From Felis catus (Eukaryota), in NCBI RefSeq assembly GCF_018350175.1, contig NC_058369.1, positions 16,556,001-16,620,000 of the forward strand: a DNA stretch of 64,000 nt, given 5' to 3'. The notes under the pieces are model-generated. The model ran no database searches, had not been told where the DNA came from, and worked only from the letters and a program-made list of their open reading frames with translations. Numbering within the stretch: position 1 is the first letter of the stretch; each line of letters starts with the position of its first letter. The position numbers and the translations under genes are program-made. Below are positions 1-13,559 of this stretch, piece by piece.

Positions 1-207
1 TGGCACCTGGGTGGCTCAGTCAATCGAGCATCTGACTTCAGCTCAGGTCATGATCTCATGGTTCGTGAGTTTCAGCCCCACATTGGGCTCTCTGCTGTCA
101 GTGCAGGGCCCACCTTGGATCCTCTGTCCCCCTCTCTCTCTGCCCCTCCCTCGCTCACACTCTCTCTCAAAAATGAACATTAAAAAAAAAAAAACACAAA
201 AAAAAAC
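1..207 (+). mobile_element. Can-SINE
   Basis: gcacctgggtggctcagt head, (CT)n, A tail. Confidence 0.9.
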
Positions 208-815
208 CCTTTAACTGAAGAATATAAGCTAAGCACCTGTCCCCAAGACACACATTAAATGATGGACAGGGACTCAAAACACATAAACAATAACAAAATG
301 CTCTACATTTCTCATAACCTAAAGCCCAACATCATCTCTGATAACTAATCTCACAGAGAAGTAAAGGACAATTTGGACTATCTGAGTCCATTCATCTGCC
401 ACCTCATACACACAAAATAGATTAGGGAGCCAACAAATGACTCCTTGGTAGGAACAAAATGGAAAACTGTAAGCAAGCAAAATTGTGATGCTTGAGTCTT
501 AAGGCTATGACTAAAACTTACAGAAAATCTTTTGCTCCATGGGATAGAAAAACTAGATTACTTTTTATAAGAATGGCCAAATGACCAATGAAATCTCTCC
601 TGGAGAGTCTTCAATAAATATCTTCCACTGCGATTGCTTAGGCTCTGAAACCTAGGTTAAGAACATACTTCAGGAATAGAAATGGGAGAGAAGTAGACCA
701 TGTTTCTTATATCTGATACACATTCTCAGGGAAAAAGCTCAAAATAAATGGTTTGGTCCAAGAAAGAATGTGGCAAGACAGAAGTTAGAACCTAAGAAAT
801 TTGTTTAAGATACTT

Positions 816-818
<3 letters not shown>

Positions 819-877
<59 letters not shown>
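819..877. repeat. (CA)n microsatellite
   Basis: Uninterrupted dinucleotide run. Confidence 0.98.
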
Positions 878-879
<2 letters not shown>

Positions 880-1589
880 GTAATTTGGAAAAATGGTTAA
901 GAATCATGTTAAGTAGAAACCCATGGGAAAAAGTTTCAAGTCTTCAAAATTACAAATGCATAAAATATAGATATTAAGCATGTGGCTCAAGAGATCATAC
1001 AAAATGAATGTAGTTAGTATACTTAAGATTTTAGGAATTCAAGCTGGATACTTTGCCATGGCCTTACAAACTAAATTTTGATGCAGCTTCATCACAAAAA
1101 TACTAACAGAAGTAACTGATCAGTACTAGGTAAGGTGTGCAGGAAGTATCCCTGACAGTCTCTCTCATCCACGATAATTCACCTTTAAGGAGCGATATGG
1201 AGTGATGTGACAGACATCAGAATGTGGTGAGGATGATGCTTTATATATATTTTTTGTTTAAGCTTAAAATGTACTGCTGGGTTCTATAGAAAAGAAGCTT
1301 GATTAAAAAACATAAAAATACACCTTGAAATACAAATTCAGTACACTCAGCTTTTAAATTTAACATTATATTTATTACCATAGTAAATATCCTTAGGTTC
1401 ACTCTGGCAAACTTCATGACAATAAAATGTAGGGGATATAAAATAATACACAAGCTGGGTCTAAGAAAAGGGCAAGCCATCTCCTGACTCAATTACCATG
1501 ACCAGAGGGTTTTCCGTTTGTGAGCATATAAAAGAATAAACTGCATATTATTCACTGTCTATAAGCAAAAAGGAGAGGAGTAACCCATA

Positions 1590-1930
1590 AGTCTCTCCCT
1601 GACTACTTGACTTTGCGGGAAGTCAGCTGGAATGTGGTAAGCAGCCCTATTAAGAGGTTCATGTGATGGTAAGAAACCGAGGCCAGTTAACAACCACGTG
1701 AGTGAGCTTGAAAGTCAATCTTCCTTCCTCTTCCTAACCTTCGATGACTACAACCTTGGTTAACAGCCAGGCTGTATGTAATTTAATGAAAGACTCTGAG
1801 CCTGAACCACCCAGCCAGTCAAGCTGCTTCTGAATTCCTGCCCTACAAAAACTAAGAAATAATAATTACTAGTTGTCTCAAGCTGCTAAGTTTCGGAGTA
1901 ACTTGTCACACAACAATAAGTAACTAATAT
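1590..1930 (+). mobile_element. MaLR solo LTR remnant (MLT1-like)
   Basis: Typical MLT1 3' motifs: cacgtgagtgagcttgaaag, aaccacccagc..aagctgctt, aagctgctaagtttcggagtaacttgtcac..taactaata. Confidence 0.75.
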
Positions 1931-2039
1931 ATACACAATTCGTCAATATATAAGTGAGCAATGGCAGGTTTCCCCTTCACAACAGATTTAATATCCTATA
2001 AACAGACTGTAAGACAAGAGAGGTTCCAAAATTAGTTAC

Positions 2040-2709
2040 CTGCACAATTGGTGGAGTTGTCTGTGAATAGGGTGATGTCACACCATAGACAGCTGGACAA
2101 GTCTGTCCTTGATAATATATGGTTGCTTGAGACTGTGCAGGAGAATACTGCTGGGGAACACTGACAGACTGTTGGTTTGAATCCCAAACACCATAATTCT
2201 GTCCCTGAACTGGGCCTGGGGCTGGCACTGGCAAGACGGTGACGCTGGAGTCTTGGTGTACCACACCATCACTTTGGGCCACATACTGTGAACTGGAAAC
2301 TTCCACAGGGGCTGCCACATGTGGCACCACTGGTACAGGTGGAGGGGCAGCAAGGGGTTCTGTAGAATGTCCCACCAAGGGCTGAGAATGATCATAAGGA
2401 GCAGGAGAACACACGGGGTCCATGCTAGGTGTGGGGAGGAGCACCTTTCCAGCATTAGGGTTGCTGGGATCCACATAGGCCTGCATGGGATAACCTGGTG
2501 GGTAGCCAGCAAAGGGGTGATGAGGGGCATTGTAGCCCAGAGAGTCATAGGGCAGTGGAGATGTCATTCCCAGGTTCTGCATCTGCTGCTGTTGTTTCTG
2601 AGCCTCCCGCTGAGCCACCTCTTGCTCAAACAACTTCCGGCGCTCCTCTGTAGAAAGTTTATTGCGGTCTTTAATTCGTACTTTCTTCTTAGAAGTTGGT
2701 GTATCATAT
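2040..2709 (-). CDS. SETD2: SETD2 exon 15, 670 nt (YDTPTSKKKVRIKDRNKLSTEERRKLFEQEVAQRE...SQTTPPIVQ), coiled-coil and Pro/Gln-rich region
   Basis: Overlaps ORF 1977..2633; acceptor TTCTAG|, donor CAG|GTAACT. Confidence 0.97.
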
Positions 2710-3499
2710 CTAGAAAGAAAATAGTAAGAGCATCACAAACTTTTTTCCCTAAATCAAGGGCATAATCAAAACACTAATAAATGTTATGTCCCTCAATACT
2801 CAACCATTAACCACACCAACTCCAATTTGGCATTGGTTAAAAATCAGTCAAAATTACTTAAGGAGTCTTGCAGATAGTAGAGAATCCCAAAGAATCATTT
2901 AGATGAAAATAATAACTTTACTTTTATTCTCAGGTTCTAGAACATCAAATTAAAGATACATATAATATTCTAAACAGATTCTTCTTTACAGTTGGGGACA
3001 CTTCTGGATCTACAAATTCGGACATTAAAACAAAGTACACTAGTAAGAGCTACAGAATTTGATGTACGTCTGACCACATACATTTGATAAATATCAACAA
3101 AGGATAGTTGAATGAAAGATGATAATGCACACATAAAAATATGGGGAGCTCTATTCACATACTCTTCTCTGTGCAGGATCAAGGATAATGTCTTACTGCT
3201 GAGCTTAATGCCCTGTGCTGGTTCTGACAAGGCCCACTGGAAACCATCAGCTCTAACATTCAAAAGAAAAAAACTGAGGGCTTAAAAGATTCTGCTGCCA
3301 AGGTTTATGGAGTGAATCAAACTTATGAGAAAGTGCTCTTGGCAAAAATTAAAAACTGACAACTAACTTCAAGAGGTTTCACTGCACAGAAACATCTAAG
3401 AACATCTTCATGGACAAGGGCATAACATTTATCCAAACAACAAAAAAACAAATGGTCTAAAACCTCCATACTGACAATTTCCTTTAAAATGTTAATGGT

Positions 3500-5440
3500 A
3501 TGGTAGTATCCTTAGTTGCTGGGCAGAAACAAATGCAAATTAGTCTACAGAACAAAGCACCTTAAGCCCAGGCCTCAGTGAATTCCCACAGATCAAATTC
3601 TAAGGAACACGATGAGTTCATTAGAAAATAAAATCATTATTTTATATAATTACAAAATTATACACGTATATATATAAACAAACGAGAGGACAAGACCCAC
3701 AAAAACTACTAGTACTGGAATGATCCAATACAAACTGAAGAGACATTTAGTATGTTTAATGAATATCAAAGAGGCAATCAAAAATATCACTAAGGAATAG
3801 GAACATAAAAAACTATCAGGTAGATTTGAAAAAGAACTCCATGAAACATCTAGAAATGAAACAGAGTGGAAATTAAAACTCAATTATCATATGAAATTGA
3901 GAATGCACATACCTGACAATCTGAGAAGTCTGGTCATTTACCCAAGAGACACTATTGCACATGTACATCAAAATTAGATAATAGCACTATACAATATAAC
4001 TGAAGAAGCACTATACAATATAACAAAGCAGTGAAAATGAATAAAATGACACATGCAATTATGGGTAAATCTTAGCAATACACTATCAGGTGAAAACAAA
4101 GTACCCCCAAATTAAATGCAGAATGGCAGACTTTTCATAAAGTTAAAAACCAACATATTATTTAAAAACATGTATTAGACAACATAAAACTGTATTTTAA
4201 AAAAGGAAAGCCAGGGTATAATGAACACAGGATGCAAGATGATATCATCTCAAGCAGTAAAGGCAAGGGACAGCATAGGAAGAAATGGCTTAGCCAGATT
4301 TATACAGTGGTTAAGATCACAGCACAAAAGCATTATAATATATGGAGAAGAAGTCTATGCACAGAAATGTGTCATGACCCAAGAAATAATCCAACATTCA
4401 ATCCAATGTCCCTAAGATCCATGCCATGGTATGGTTAAGTAAGAGATCAGATCTGAAGAGAATTAGTAATGTGGAAGATGATCTTCAAATTCAAAAAGTT
4501 AAATGAATTTCAACCAGTTAAAATAAAAAGAAACCCTAAACAGAGGGCAGTGATACTGCAGAACACCAAACACAAAGAGGACTCGTAAAAGCAGACCAAG
4601 AGAAAAGCCAGATTACTTAAAGAACAACACTTAGACCAATAAAGTTTCATTAACAACAAGGGAAGTTAGAAGACTGAAGAATAACAGTTTCAAAGTGTCG
4701 AGAAAAACTTGTTAACTAAGCAAAACTTCCTTTTAAAAATGAGAGTCAATGTTCACATAAAGACTCATACATATACAAGTCTTCTAATATTCTATTTTTT
4801 TTTAACGTTTATTTATTATTGAGAGACAGACACAGAGCGTGAGCAGGGGAGGAGCAGAGAGCGGCGGGGGACACAGAATCTGAAGCAGGCTTCAGGCTCT
4901 GAGCGGACAGCACAGAGCCTGACGCGGGGCTTGAACTCACGAACCGTGAGATCAACGACCTGAGCCGAAGTCAGACGCTTAACGGACTAGGCCACCCAGG
5001 CACCCCCTAGTCTGGTAATATTCTTAACAGCCATCTGGAAACAATCCAAATGCCTATCAACTAATGAATTTGTAAACAAGCTCTGTTGTACCTATCCAAT
5101 AGACTACCCACTCATTAATAAAAGGAACTACTGAGACATAACAACATGAATGGATTTCAAATGCAATCTGCTAAGTGAAAGACAGATTCAAATACTATCT
5201 AGACTATGATACTATATGTATCACATTCTGGAAAAGACAAAAACAGAGCATCAGAAAGCAGAGCAATGGCTGCCAGCAACTAGGGGTAGGTAAAGGGGAC
5301 TGACTCCAAAGAGCTCAAGAAAATTTTCTGAGATGACAGAAGTGTCTATACCATGACTGTAGTGGTGGTTACTTAACTGCATGCGTTTGACAAAACACTT
5401 TGAATTATACACTTAAAACTGAATATTTCTGTAAGTAATT
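3500..5440 (+). mobile_element. Old L1 (L1M-type) remnants, interrupted by a SINE
   Basis: A-rich degenerate L1 sequence; L1 3'UTR-like motifs at 5020-5440 (aatgctatcaac, acaacatgaatggatttcaa, tacacttaaaa); boundaries approximate. Confidence 0.6.
4795..5008 (-). mobile_element. Can-SINE
   Basis: Reverse-complement tRNA-derived head and T tail. Confidence 0.9.
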
Positions 5441-5554
5441 TTTTATCTACTGATTAAATAAAACTGATTTTTAAAACTGAGGGTGAGCAATGAAAACCAA
5501 AAAGATTTTTCAAACAAAACTGAAACACAGTATGAACAAAAACTCATCAAGGAA

Positions 5555-5754
5555 ATCTTTTGTTGTTGTTGTTGTTGTTTGAGTGAGAAAGAGCCAGAAA
5601 CAGTGAGAAAGAGCACAAGCTGGGGAAGAGCAGAGGGAGAGGAGAGATGGAATCTCAAGCAGGCTCAGTGCCCAGTGCAGAGCCCAACACGAGGCTCAAT
5701 CTCAACTCAAATCAAGAGTCGGACGCTTAACCAACTGAGCCACCCAGGGTCCCC
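5555..5754 (-). mobile_element. Can-SINE
   Basis: Flanked by TSD aaggaaatcttt. Confidence 0.85.
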
Positions 5755-6254
5755 TAAAGGAAATCTTTTAAAGGAAGGTCTAAGGAAAAAGAAAGGAGAA
5801 CAAAAACCCTAATTAATGTAAACAAACTAAATAAATCAATTTGTGTACATATAAAAAAATTAACAATAACTGACAGGGAAGGAGGAGGAACAAGAAATTA
5901 TAATATTGGACAATAATGGCATATAAATTGGGAAGGCTGTAGATCAGAGTTAAAGTATCCTAAAGTACTTATGTTGTTTAGGATATGGATTAAATTTAGA
6001 TTTTATTAAAGTGAAACCAGTTAAATACCACAAAGAATTAAAATATCAATCAGCTATAAACTATGTATGAGACACAGAAAAGTTAAAAGGAAAAAGGAAA
6101 TAAAAAATTTCAGTTAAATCCTATCAACAGGAAGATAGCATACCTCTATTAATATCAAACAAAACAGACTATACAGCCAGTCTCAATAAAATTCTAAGAA
6201 CTGGTAAAATACAAACCAATGAATGGCAATTAAATTTGAAACTTAACAAAAGAA

Positions 6255-6422
6255 GGGGGTGCCTGGTGGCTCAGTCAGTTAAGCATCTGACTTTGGCTCA
6301 GATTATGATCTCGTGGTTCATGGGTTCAAGCTCTGCATCGAGCTCTGCGTTGACAGCTCAGAGCCCGGAGACTGCTTCGGGTTCTGTGTCTCCCTCTCTC
6401 TCTTCCCCTTCCCCACTTGTTT

Positions 6423-6454
<32 letters not shown>

Positions 6455-6470
6455 AAAATAAACAAAAACT

Positions 6471-6497
<27 letters not shown>
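6255..6497 (+). mobile_element. Can-SINE
   Basis: Head, (CT)n, long A tail. Confidence 0.9.
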
Positions 6498-6501
<4 letters not shown>

Positions 6502-6664
6502 CAGACTGTAAAGCCTGATAGTATTTAGAACTAAATTATGACAAAGCTATAGTATCACAAGAGTAGTTCAATGGTACTTATGAAGAAATTAAAATCCTCA
6601 AACACTTTCATTTGAAGACAAAAAATGCTGAAAATTAGGGAGCTAAGAATCCCAATTACTCCAA

Positions 6665-6667
<3 letters not shown>

Positions 6668-6715
<48 letters not shown>
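6668..6715. repeat. (TG)n microsatellite
   Basis: Uninterrupted dinucleotide run. Confidence 0.98.
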
Positions 6716-6719
<4 letters not shown>

Positions 6720-6779
6720 CCATCCAAAAGAGTGGAATAAAACATGAATAGCAATCAATTACCAAAATAAAAAATGCTG

Positions 6780-7634
6780 TTATTCTGTGATTTGTATTGG
6801 ATGTGTTGCTAGTAAAATAACAAGAACAAAGCAAAAGGATTAGAAAGGAAAAAAACCAAATTCATAGGATATGGACTGTTGGCAAAGACCCAAAAAAAGG
6901 GCAAAAACCCCTACACTTTGAAATATCATTGAGAGTTTTGTATGGTTGCCAGCATGAGATCAATATACAAAAGTCAACTGCGGTATCTAAACACAAGCAA
7001 CAAACTGAAAATGTAACAAAAAAGTTAAGGTTTTCAGAAAAGAATATACCAAGATACGTTAAGTCTTTATAGAGAAAATGTAAACAGGAGATTAATGAAG
7101 AACTTAATCTTTATTTAAAGTATTAAAGAAGCCCTAATTAAACAGAAAATATCTGAATACTCAATTTGAATATAGGAATAGGACTCCTTAAAACTGTAAA
7201 GATGTCAAGTCTTCTCAGAATCATCTTTTGGGTGATATGGGTGGAGGGAATCTGACAAGCAGATCTGAAGGAGAACAAGTCTGAGAAAAGACATGACATC
7301 CCAGAAGATCAAGGAGGGACCTGTCCTACTTGCTATCAAGACTTAATATGAGCTACAGACACATTATGAGCCCCAAACCAGATCCTCCCACATATGAGAA
7401 CTTGTTGGAGACAGCGTGCTGCAGATCAAGGAGAAAGGATGGGCTTGCAAGTAAATGGTACAGAGACTGGGTATTCACTTAGAAAAAAAAAGAAACCATA
7501 AACCTACCTCACAACATACACAAAAATTAATTCCCAATAAATTAAGGACAAGAAAGAAAGAAAAGAGTATCATTGCCTCAAGAGTAGGGAAGAAATTTTT
7601 TTTTTTAGTTAAAAAAATTTTTAAATTTATTCAT

Positions 7635-7681
<47 letters not shown>

Positions 7682-8540
7682 CAGACAGAGTGTGAGCGCA
7701 AGCAGGGGAGGGGCAGAGAGAGAGAATCCCAAGTAGGCTCTGTGCTGTCAGTGCGGAGCCCAACGTGGGGCTTGCTCCCACAAACCATGAGATCATGACC
7801 TGAGCCGAATCCACAGTCAGATGCTTAACTGACTGAGCCACCCAGGTGCGCCAGAAAGAATTTCTTGACAGCCATCTGTTGTTTTGTTTTGTTTTATTTG
7901 TTTATTCATTTATTTATTTTTGAGACCTAGAGAAATAGAGCATGAGTGGGGCAGGGGCAGGGGCAGAGAGAGACGGAGACAGAATCTGAAGCAGGCTCTA
8001 GGTTCTGAGCTGTCCGCATAGAGCCCGACATGGGGCTTGAACCCACCAACCGTGAGATCATGACCTGAGCTGAATCCAGAGTCAGATGCTTAACTGACTG
8101 AGCCACCCAGGTGCCCCAGAAAGAATTTCTTAAAACACAGTAAAAGCACTGACCATGAAGGAAACATACAATATGTGTGATATATTCAATTATACCATAA
8201 TTAATAAATTCTGTATATCAAAAGACACAAAAGAGTCAAAATGCAAGCCACAAACTGGGAAAAAAATATTTGCAAAAATTGTCACCCAAGCAGAATTATA
8301 TTTAGAGTATAAAGAATCTTAAAAAAAAAAAAAAAAAATTCCTAAAACTCAAAAAGGTAAATGAACAGCACATATGAAAAGACACTTCACAGAAGAAACA
8401 GGAATGGCCAATAAACGTATGACAAGATGTTTAATCTGTTTAGTAATTAGGGTAATGCAAATTAAAATCATGATGGATTTACTATTATAAACCCTGACAA
8501 CCCAAAATTAAAATTTTGGCAATTACACTATATGAATGCT
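6780..8540 (+). mobile_element. Old L1 ORF2 remnant (L1ME-like), interrupted by two SINEs
   Basis: Degenerate ORF2 motifs (gatcaatatacaaaagtcaactg, aagccacaaactgggaaaaaatatttgca, ttagggtaatgcaaattaaa). Confidence 0.65.
7600..8117 (-). mobile_element. Two tandem Can-SINEs (about 7600-7852 and 7880-8117)
   Basis: Two heads, each followed by cagaaagaatttctt. Confidence 0.9.
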
Positions 8541-9010
8541 ATATCTCATTTTTTCAAACAAATTAATTTAAAAAGAACTTCTCCAGAATAAATGTTTTCT
8601 AGTCCCCAGTGACCGATCATGCAGCTTGTTTTTCTACAAGCGTGAGGAAGATAGCCTCTGACACAGAGATCAACCAGCATTTTGACTGGTAAGGCACAAG
8701 ATTCACTAAAAAAAAGTTCTGACTTTAGAAGAGTTATCTCCCACCCACCTCCACTCCCTTGAAAGAACAAGTCTCTGGCTCGTCAAATAACATTTAAATG
8801 TTATCAAGTAGAAACCATTCAAGTACTGAAAATCCACTAGTCTTCACTGTCAAAAGAGACTCTGTCTCAATATTTATCAGTGAAGTTTTATACTCATTTA
8901 TCAAGAGAATATACTTATTCCAAAACCCCTTGGTGCCCCAAATCAGAAGTACTGACTTGGGAACTTTCTGACTGGCTCAGAAAAGAGAGTAACTCACACA
9001 GGCCACTTAC

Positions 9011-9194
9011 CTGTCATCTGGCCTTTTTGTTCCCCGCTCATAGGCAGAAGAAGGTGGTGAGAGAGAGCCCCTTCGTTTCCTTTTCTCTTTATTTTGAGTT
9101 TGCTTGTCTGGGTCTCTCTCTCTTGACCTGTTAGGAGTCTTTGGGGCAGCTGTTTGATCTCTGAAGCCAACAGCATCCCTTCCTCGTTCAGTTA
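9011..9194 (-). CDS. SETD2: SETD2 exon 14, 184 nt (ITERGRDAVGFRDQTAAPKTPNRSRERDPDK...YERGTKRPDDR)
   Basis: Acceptor CCCTTAG|, donor AG|GTAAGT; phase 1-2. Confidence 0.96.
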
Positions 9195-11439
9195 CTAAGG
9201 GAAAAGGGTTTTTAAAAATTTACTTGGCAGACTCTTCTCCATCATGATAGCACGTCAACTGTAGAACACAATTTCTATCCAACAAATGGATCTATGAATT
9301 CTTCCCTCATATGCCCATCCTGAATTTGGATGAGAAACAAGGTGTTGTGTGTGTGTACACTCTACTTCCTGAAAGTCTCTGCCATGAATTCTCTTTTCTA
9401 CCTTTCCCAAACTCTCAGTCCAAGCCTTCAGCCTTTCTAACAAGTACTGTGGAACACATGCATGCGAGATGTTCCCGTTACCTTTAACAAGGCAGTCTGC
9501 TTGCAGTTCAAAATGTAAAAGCCTTCTACTGTCCCTGTAACTCTGTATATTTACAATTTGTAGAAGAGCAGCCTGGCATGCTAAGCATAAAAACTTCAAA
9601 GGGAAATAAATGTCTTTTTAGTTTAACAACAACAAAAAAAAAAGGATTAGAGAATTTTTTATGAACTACCATTTCAAAATGAAAATATTTCAAACACAAA
9701 TGATAATAGCTGACAACTCATGAAGTTATCAAAGCCAGAGAGTTACATCTTCAAAAAAAAGAATGCCATCTTCCTACTGAAAGATGATACTATTAAACTT
9801 TTCCACTCAGCCTCTTTACCTAGAATGGTCTTCCCCAGTATCATTGTCACTGTTCCCAAGAGCTGTGCTAAGTGCTGCTTTTCACTGACCACACCTCCTA
9901 GTTTCTCATCTCCCTAAGAAGTCTAAATCCCACCAATGAATATTTCAATATAAATTAACTGGTATTATATGCCACTGCTTTGTGTATGTTAGCATTGCTA
10001 CTTGATTAATCAGATTGCTCTTGTCCTGTGGAAAGAATTTCTTATAAAATATCTCTCAGAGCACAAAGCAGATTCTCAATAAACATTAACTGTTTTTTCT
10101 TCTCACCTCAGAAAAACATGCTATCACTTGTTTTCTTCCCTGGCATCACGGTTAGGTTTACATATGCCATTCTTGCAGTTCTCCTTTTAGTGGGCCAAAA
10201 ACTCCATTTGTTTGCAAAACAGTTACTAATCAATGGCCACGTATGAGTATTTGTCAGTGAGAAGCTCATAGAGCTCATCTACACCACACACTGGTAGAAA
10301 ACACTACACAATTAAAACAATTGTTCCAGCTCACAAGGTATTAGCACCACATCCTTCTGCCTAGTTTCACCGGGATCTGCCCACGACTACTCTATTTCCT
10401 TCTTACAACAGGTTCCATGTACTGATGTTAACTTCCTTAAAATGTGACTGTTTCTCCACTATATCCTGGTAAAATAAGAAAAGGAATCATACTAACAGTT
10501 CATATTCTGACTCTGCATCTTAGAATATGTGAGGCGGATGTCATTCCATTTATTCAGGCTGATGTTTTCACATTATAAAATGAAAGTAAAGCTAGGCTAC
10601 ATATTTCCCAAAATATTTTACAGTTCTTAGGAATTTTACAAGTTCTAAGCTTTTTAATTTCTTGCCATTGAGGGTTAACATAGAAGCTAGGCTTGAATTG
10701 TAAGTATTTCTTATAGAAGACTGAGACTGGTTGGGGCTGGGGCACATATGTGAAGGAGAAACTGAAGTTGGCACACAAAAGGCTGCTTCCTGAAAAGATT
10801 AGTCTTCCATTATAGATGCCTCTCAAAGGGCATCGCTCTCAGAGGGCACCCCAGAGTAGATATTTGCAAAATATTGGGGGAAAAACCCCACAGAAATTTA
10901 AGCTTTGCCCATCCTGCTATTGATTTCAGCTCAGTGAGCCCAGAGAAGCTAGCCTCTGATGATCAAGCTTACAGTGGTGCCACTGGTTTTGCCAACCAGC
11001 ACTACTCAACCCTGCCTTCTTTCTTATGGGAGGAATTCTTTCCAGCCCTAACTAGGATGTTTGGCTATGAAGACACTAAACCAGCAGAGTTAAAAATATC
11101 CAAGACAAAAACAAAACCCCAACAACGGTACAAAGTACACCTCACAGGGCATTAACCTATATGATTATTTAACCATTAAGTTTTAAGACTATAAAAAGCT
11201 CTTCATGCCAAAAATAAAGAAAAAGAAAAAAAGAAACAAAAAGAAAAAGACCAAAAATATGATCACACTGGCTCCTTCACTCTATATTGGGTCAATACTG
11301 GAGGGCTCAAGAGATCAACAACAGCCACCATAAGATCCATTGTTTTCATCTTTAAAGAAGTACGCTGGAAACACAACTAAGTAGTAAAACCCAGAAACCA
11401 GACTACCATGGCCTCCCTGTTACCTTTTCTGGAATGATT

Positions 11440-11559
11440 CTTTTTCTTTTTTTTCGAGATTTTATTTTTAATTAATCTCAAAACCCAACATGGGGCTCGT
11501 ACCCACAACCCCGAGATCAAGAGTCATGTGTTCCACCGACTGCATCAGCCAGGTGTCCC
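11440..11559 (-). mobile_element. Short-type Can-SINE
   Basis: ggggctcgtacccacaaccccgagatcaagagtcatgtg...gccaggtgtccc. Confidence 0.8.
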
Positions 11560-12003
11560 TGTAATGACTCTTAACCTTTTGAGGGATCACTGAGTCCCTG
11601 AGAACCTGGTGAAAGTTTTGAATTTTCCCTAGAAAAATGAATGTAAATAAAGGATTCTGCATATAAACATCTACAGGTAAAGACTTATACAGACATTTAG
11701 GAGTACAGGTTTAACAATGCCTGTTCTAGAGGGACAAATAAATGGAAGAAAAGCTACTAAAAGCAGTGACTTCAAGGAAAGCAACACCAAAGGTAGTGTA
11801 AAGGGACATCTCTTTTGGCAAAAATTCACTAAGAAAGAATAAAAAGGCAAGTTCACAAACTTTTACACCAAATACTTCATTCACCTAATTACATACTCTT
11901 GGGTTTCAAAAACAAAATAGCTAAAATTCTTATCATTTACCTCTGCATATTTCCAAAAGAGTATTTGTAAAGCCATATACACAGAGTACCTCTGAATACC
12001 TAC

Positions 12004-12052
12004 TTGTGTTCTCCTTTTCAGTTTGACTTTTCTTTGGAATTCGATAAACCTC
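12004..12052 (-). CDS. SETD2: SETD2 exon 13, 49 nt (EVYRIPKKSQTEKENT)
   Basis: Manual translation; long poly-T tract then TGCAG|, donor CAA|GTAGGT; phase 0-1 links exons 12 and 14. Confidence 0.95.
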
Positions 12053-13559
12053 CTGCAATTACAAAAAAAAAAAAAAAAAAAAAAAAACCAAAAGAAGAGT
12101 TATTAGTATGGAGTGGAAGTGGTGATTGCTTTGAAGCTGATTGACTTCACATGGCAAGAAAGAACTAGGAAGGAACAGACTGGTATTTAATTATTCTCCA
12201 AAATCTGACTTACATCTAGCTTTAAGAATAGATCCTGGTCCCTCAGAAATAAGAACTTATATGAACTCATGTACATACACACATACACACACACACATTT
12301 ATTATGTCTATGTGTGTTTTGTTTTTTAAACACCTACCAGGCTTGTCTGATCTCATCAGCCAAGTGGCAGACTAAGTAACTTGGACATTACATTTCTGGC
12401 AGGAATATACTTCCTGATAATCTTCATTTCTGCAAAGCTTCTGCATATAAAATAAACTCATCTAAAGTTCCTTTATCGAGAGTATTCATAAGAACAATTC
12501 TAACCTCTCACTTGCCATCCCTACTTAAGGGAAAAAAGGTTAGTAATTACTCAGCTATATAAAAACACCTCTGAAAAAACTTATGTCTAAAGACAATGCC
12601 CATTATTCATATTTTTATATAAATGCAAAACCAACTTGGCTAATGGCCAAATGTAATATCTACTTACGTATTGTTATTTTTAAAAAAGGAAAGGTAAATA
12701 TTAGATCACTGTCATTCTTGAAATAGCATCAATGCTGTACCAAAATTGTTCTCTACAAATGTAAACTGTTTTTCAGTCCTGAATACCTTTTCTTGCTATA
12801 TGAATCTAAGGCCTAGAACATGTCCTGTTCCCTGACAATCCCTCACTTTCTAGTCCATCAAGCACTTCTTGGCAAGGCACAACATTCCCTTATTCAGTCA
12901 CCTTGGTTAAGTGGGCAAATGGCAAATCTACACATCCTCAATGGTTTATCACATGATACCTCCACTTTATAGTAACCTCATAATATTGACCATACCTATA
13001 CGAGCTGGTAATTCCATTTTTTTAAGCAACTGTACTCCAAAAAAATCAAAGAGCTCCTCTTTCCACGTAATTGTCAGTTCTAGCAATTATTTGTGGAAAA
13101 CGAGAAATAACCCACATGCTATACAACTGAAGAAGGGTCAAGATTTAATATTCAGCTGTGATTAAAAATGACAAATATGAACCACACAGATAAAGAGCAA
13201 TCTATACGAATGTAGATTTTTTAGAAATAATTATTCAACACCCCATGCGTGCTGACAAATTATTTAATAAAGATGTCCTAATTAGATGTGCACTTATCCT
13301 GTGTGCCAGGTATCACACTAGGCATTTCAAACACATTACTTTATTTGAGCTTCAAAACAACTCTATGAATTAAGTACTATCATCTCCATTTTTAAGGTTA
13401 TGATTCTTTCAGATAGTCTGACTCCAGAGCAATTTAATCTCCTGTACTACACAGGAAATGGTGAACGGTGGCATTATTTGGGAAGGAGTACCACTTTAGG
13501 GACTCACACATAAATGCAGGTGGCATTCTCTATTCCCCCAGTCCCTCTTTCCTGTGTAG

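Noticed and set aside
11..214. Recurrent 60-100 aa ORFs of the MAQSVK..AQVMIS type throughout the window
   Set aside because: Translations of Can-SINE sequence, not a gene family
9255..9599. 114-aa minus-strand ORF just upstream of exon 14
   Set aside because: Non-ATG start and no recognisable homology; the nearest downstream donor-like site (about 9222) is too close to the exon 14 acceptor to form an intron
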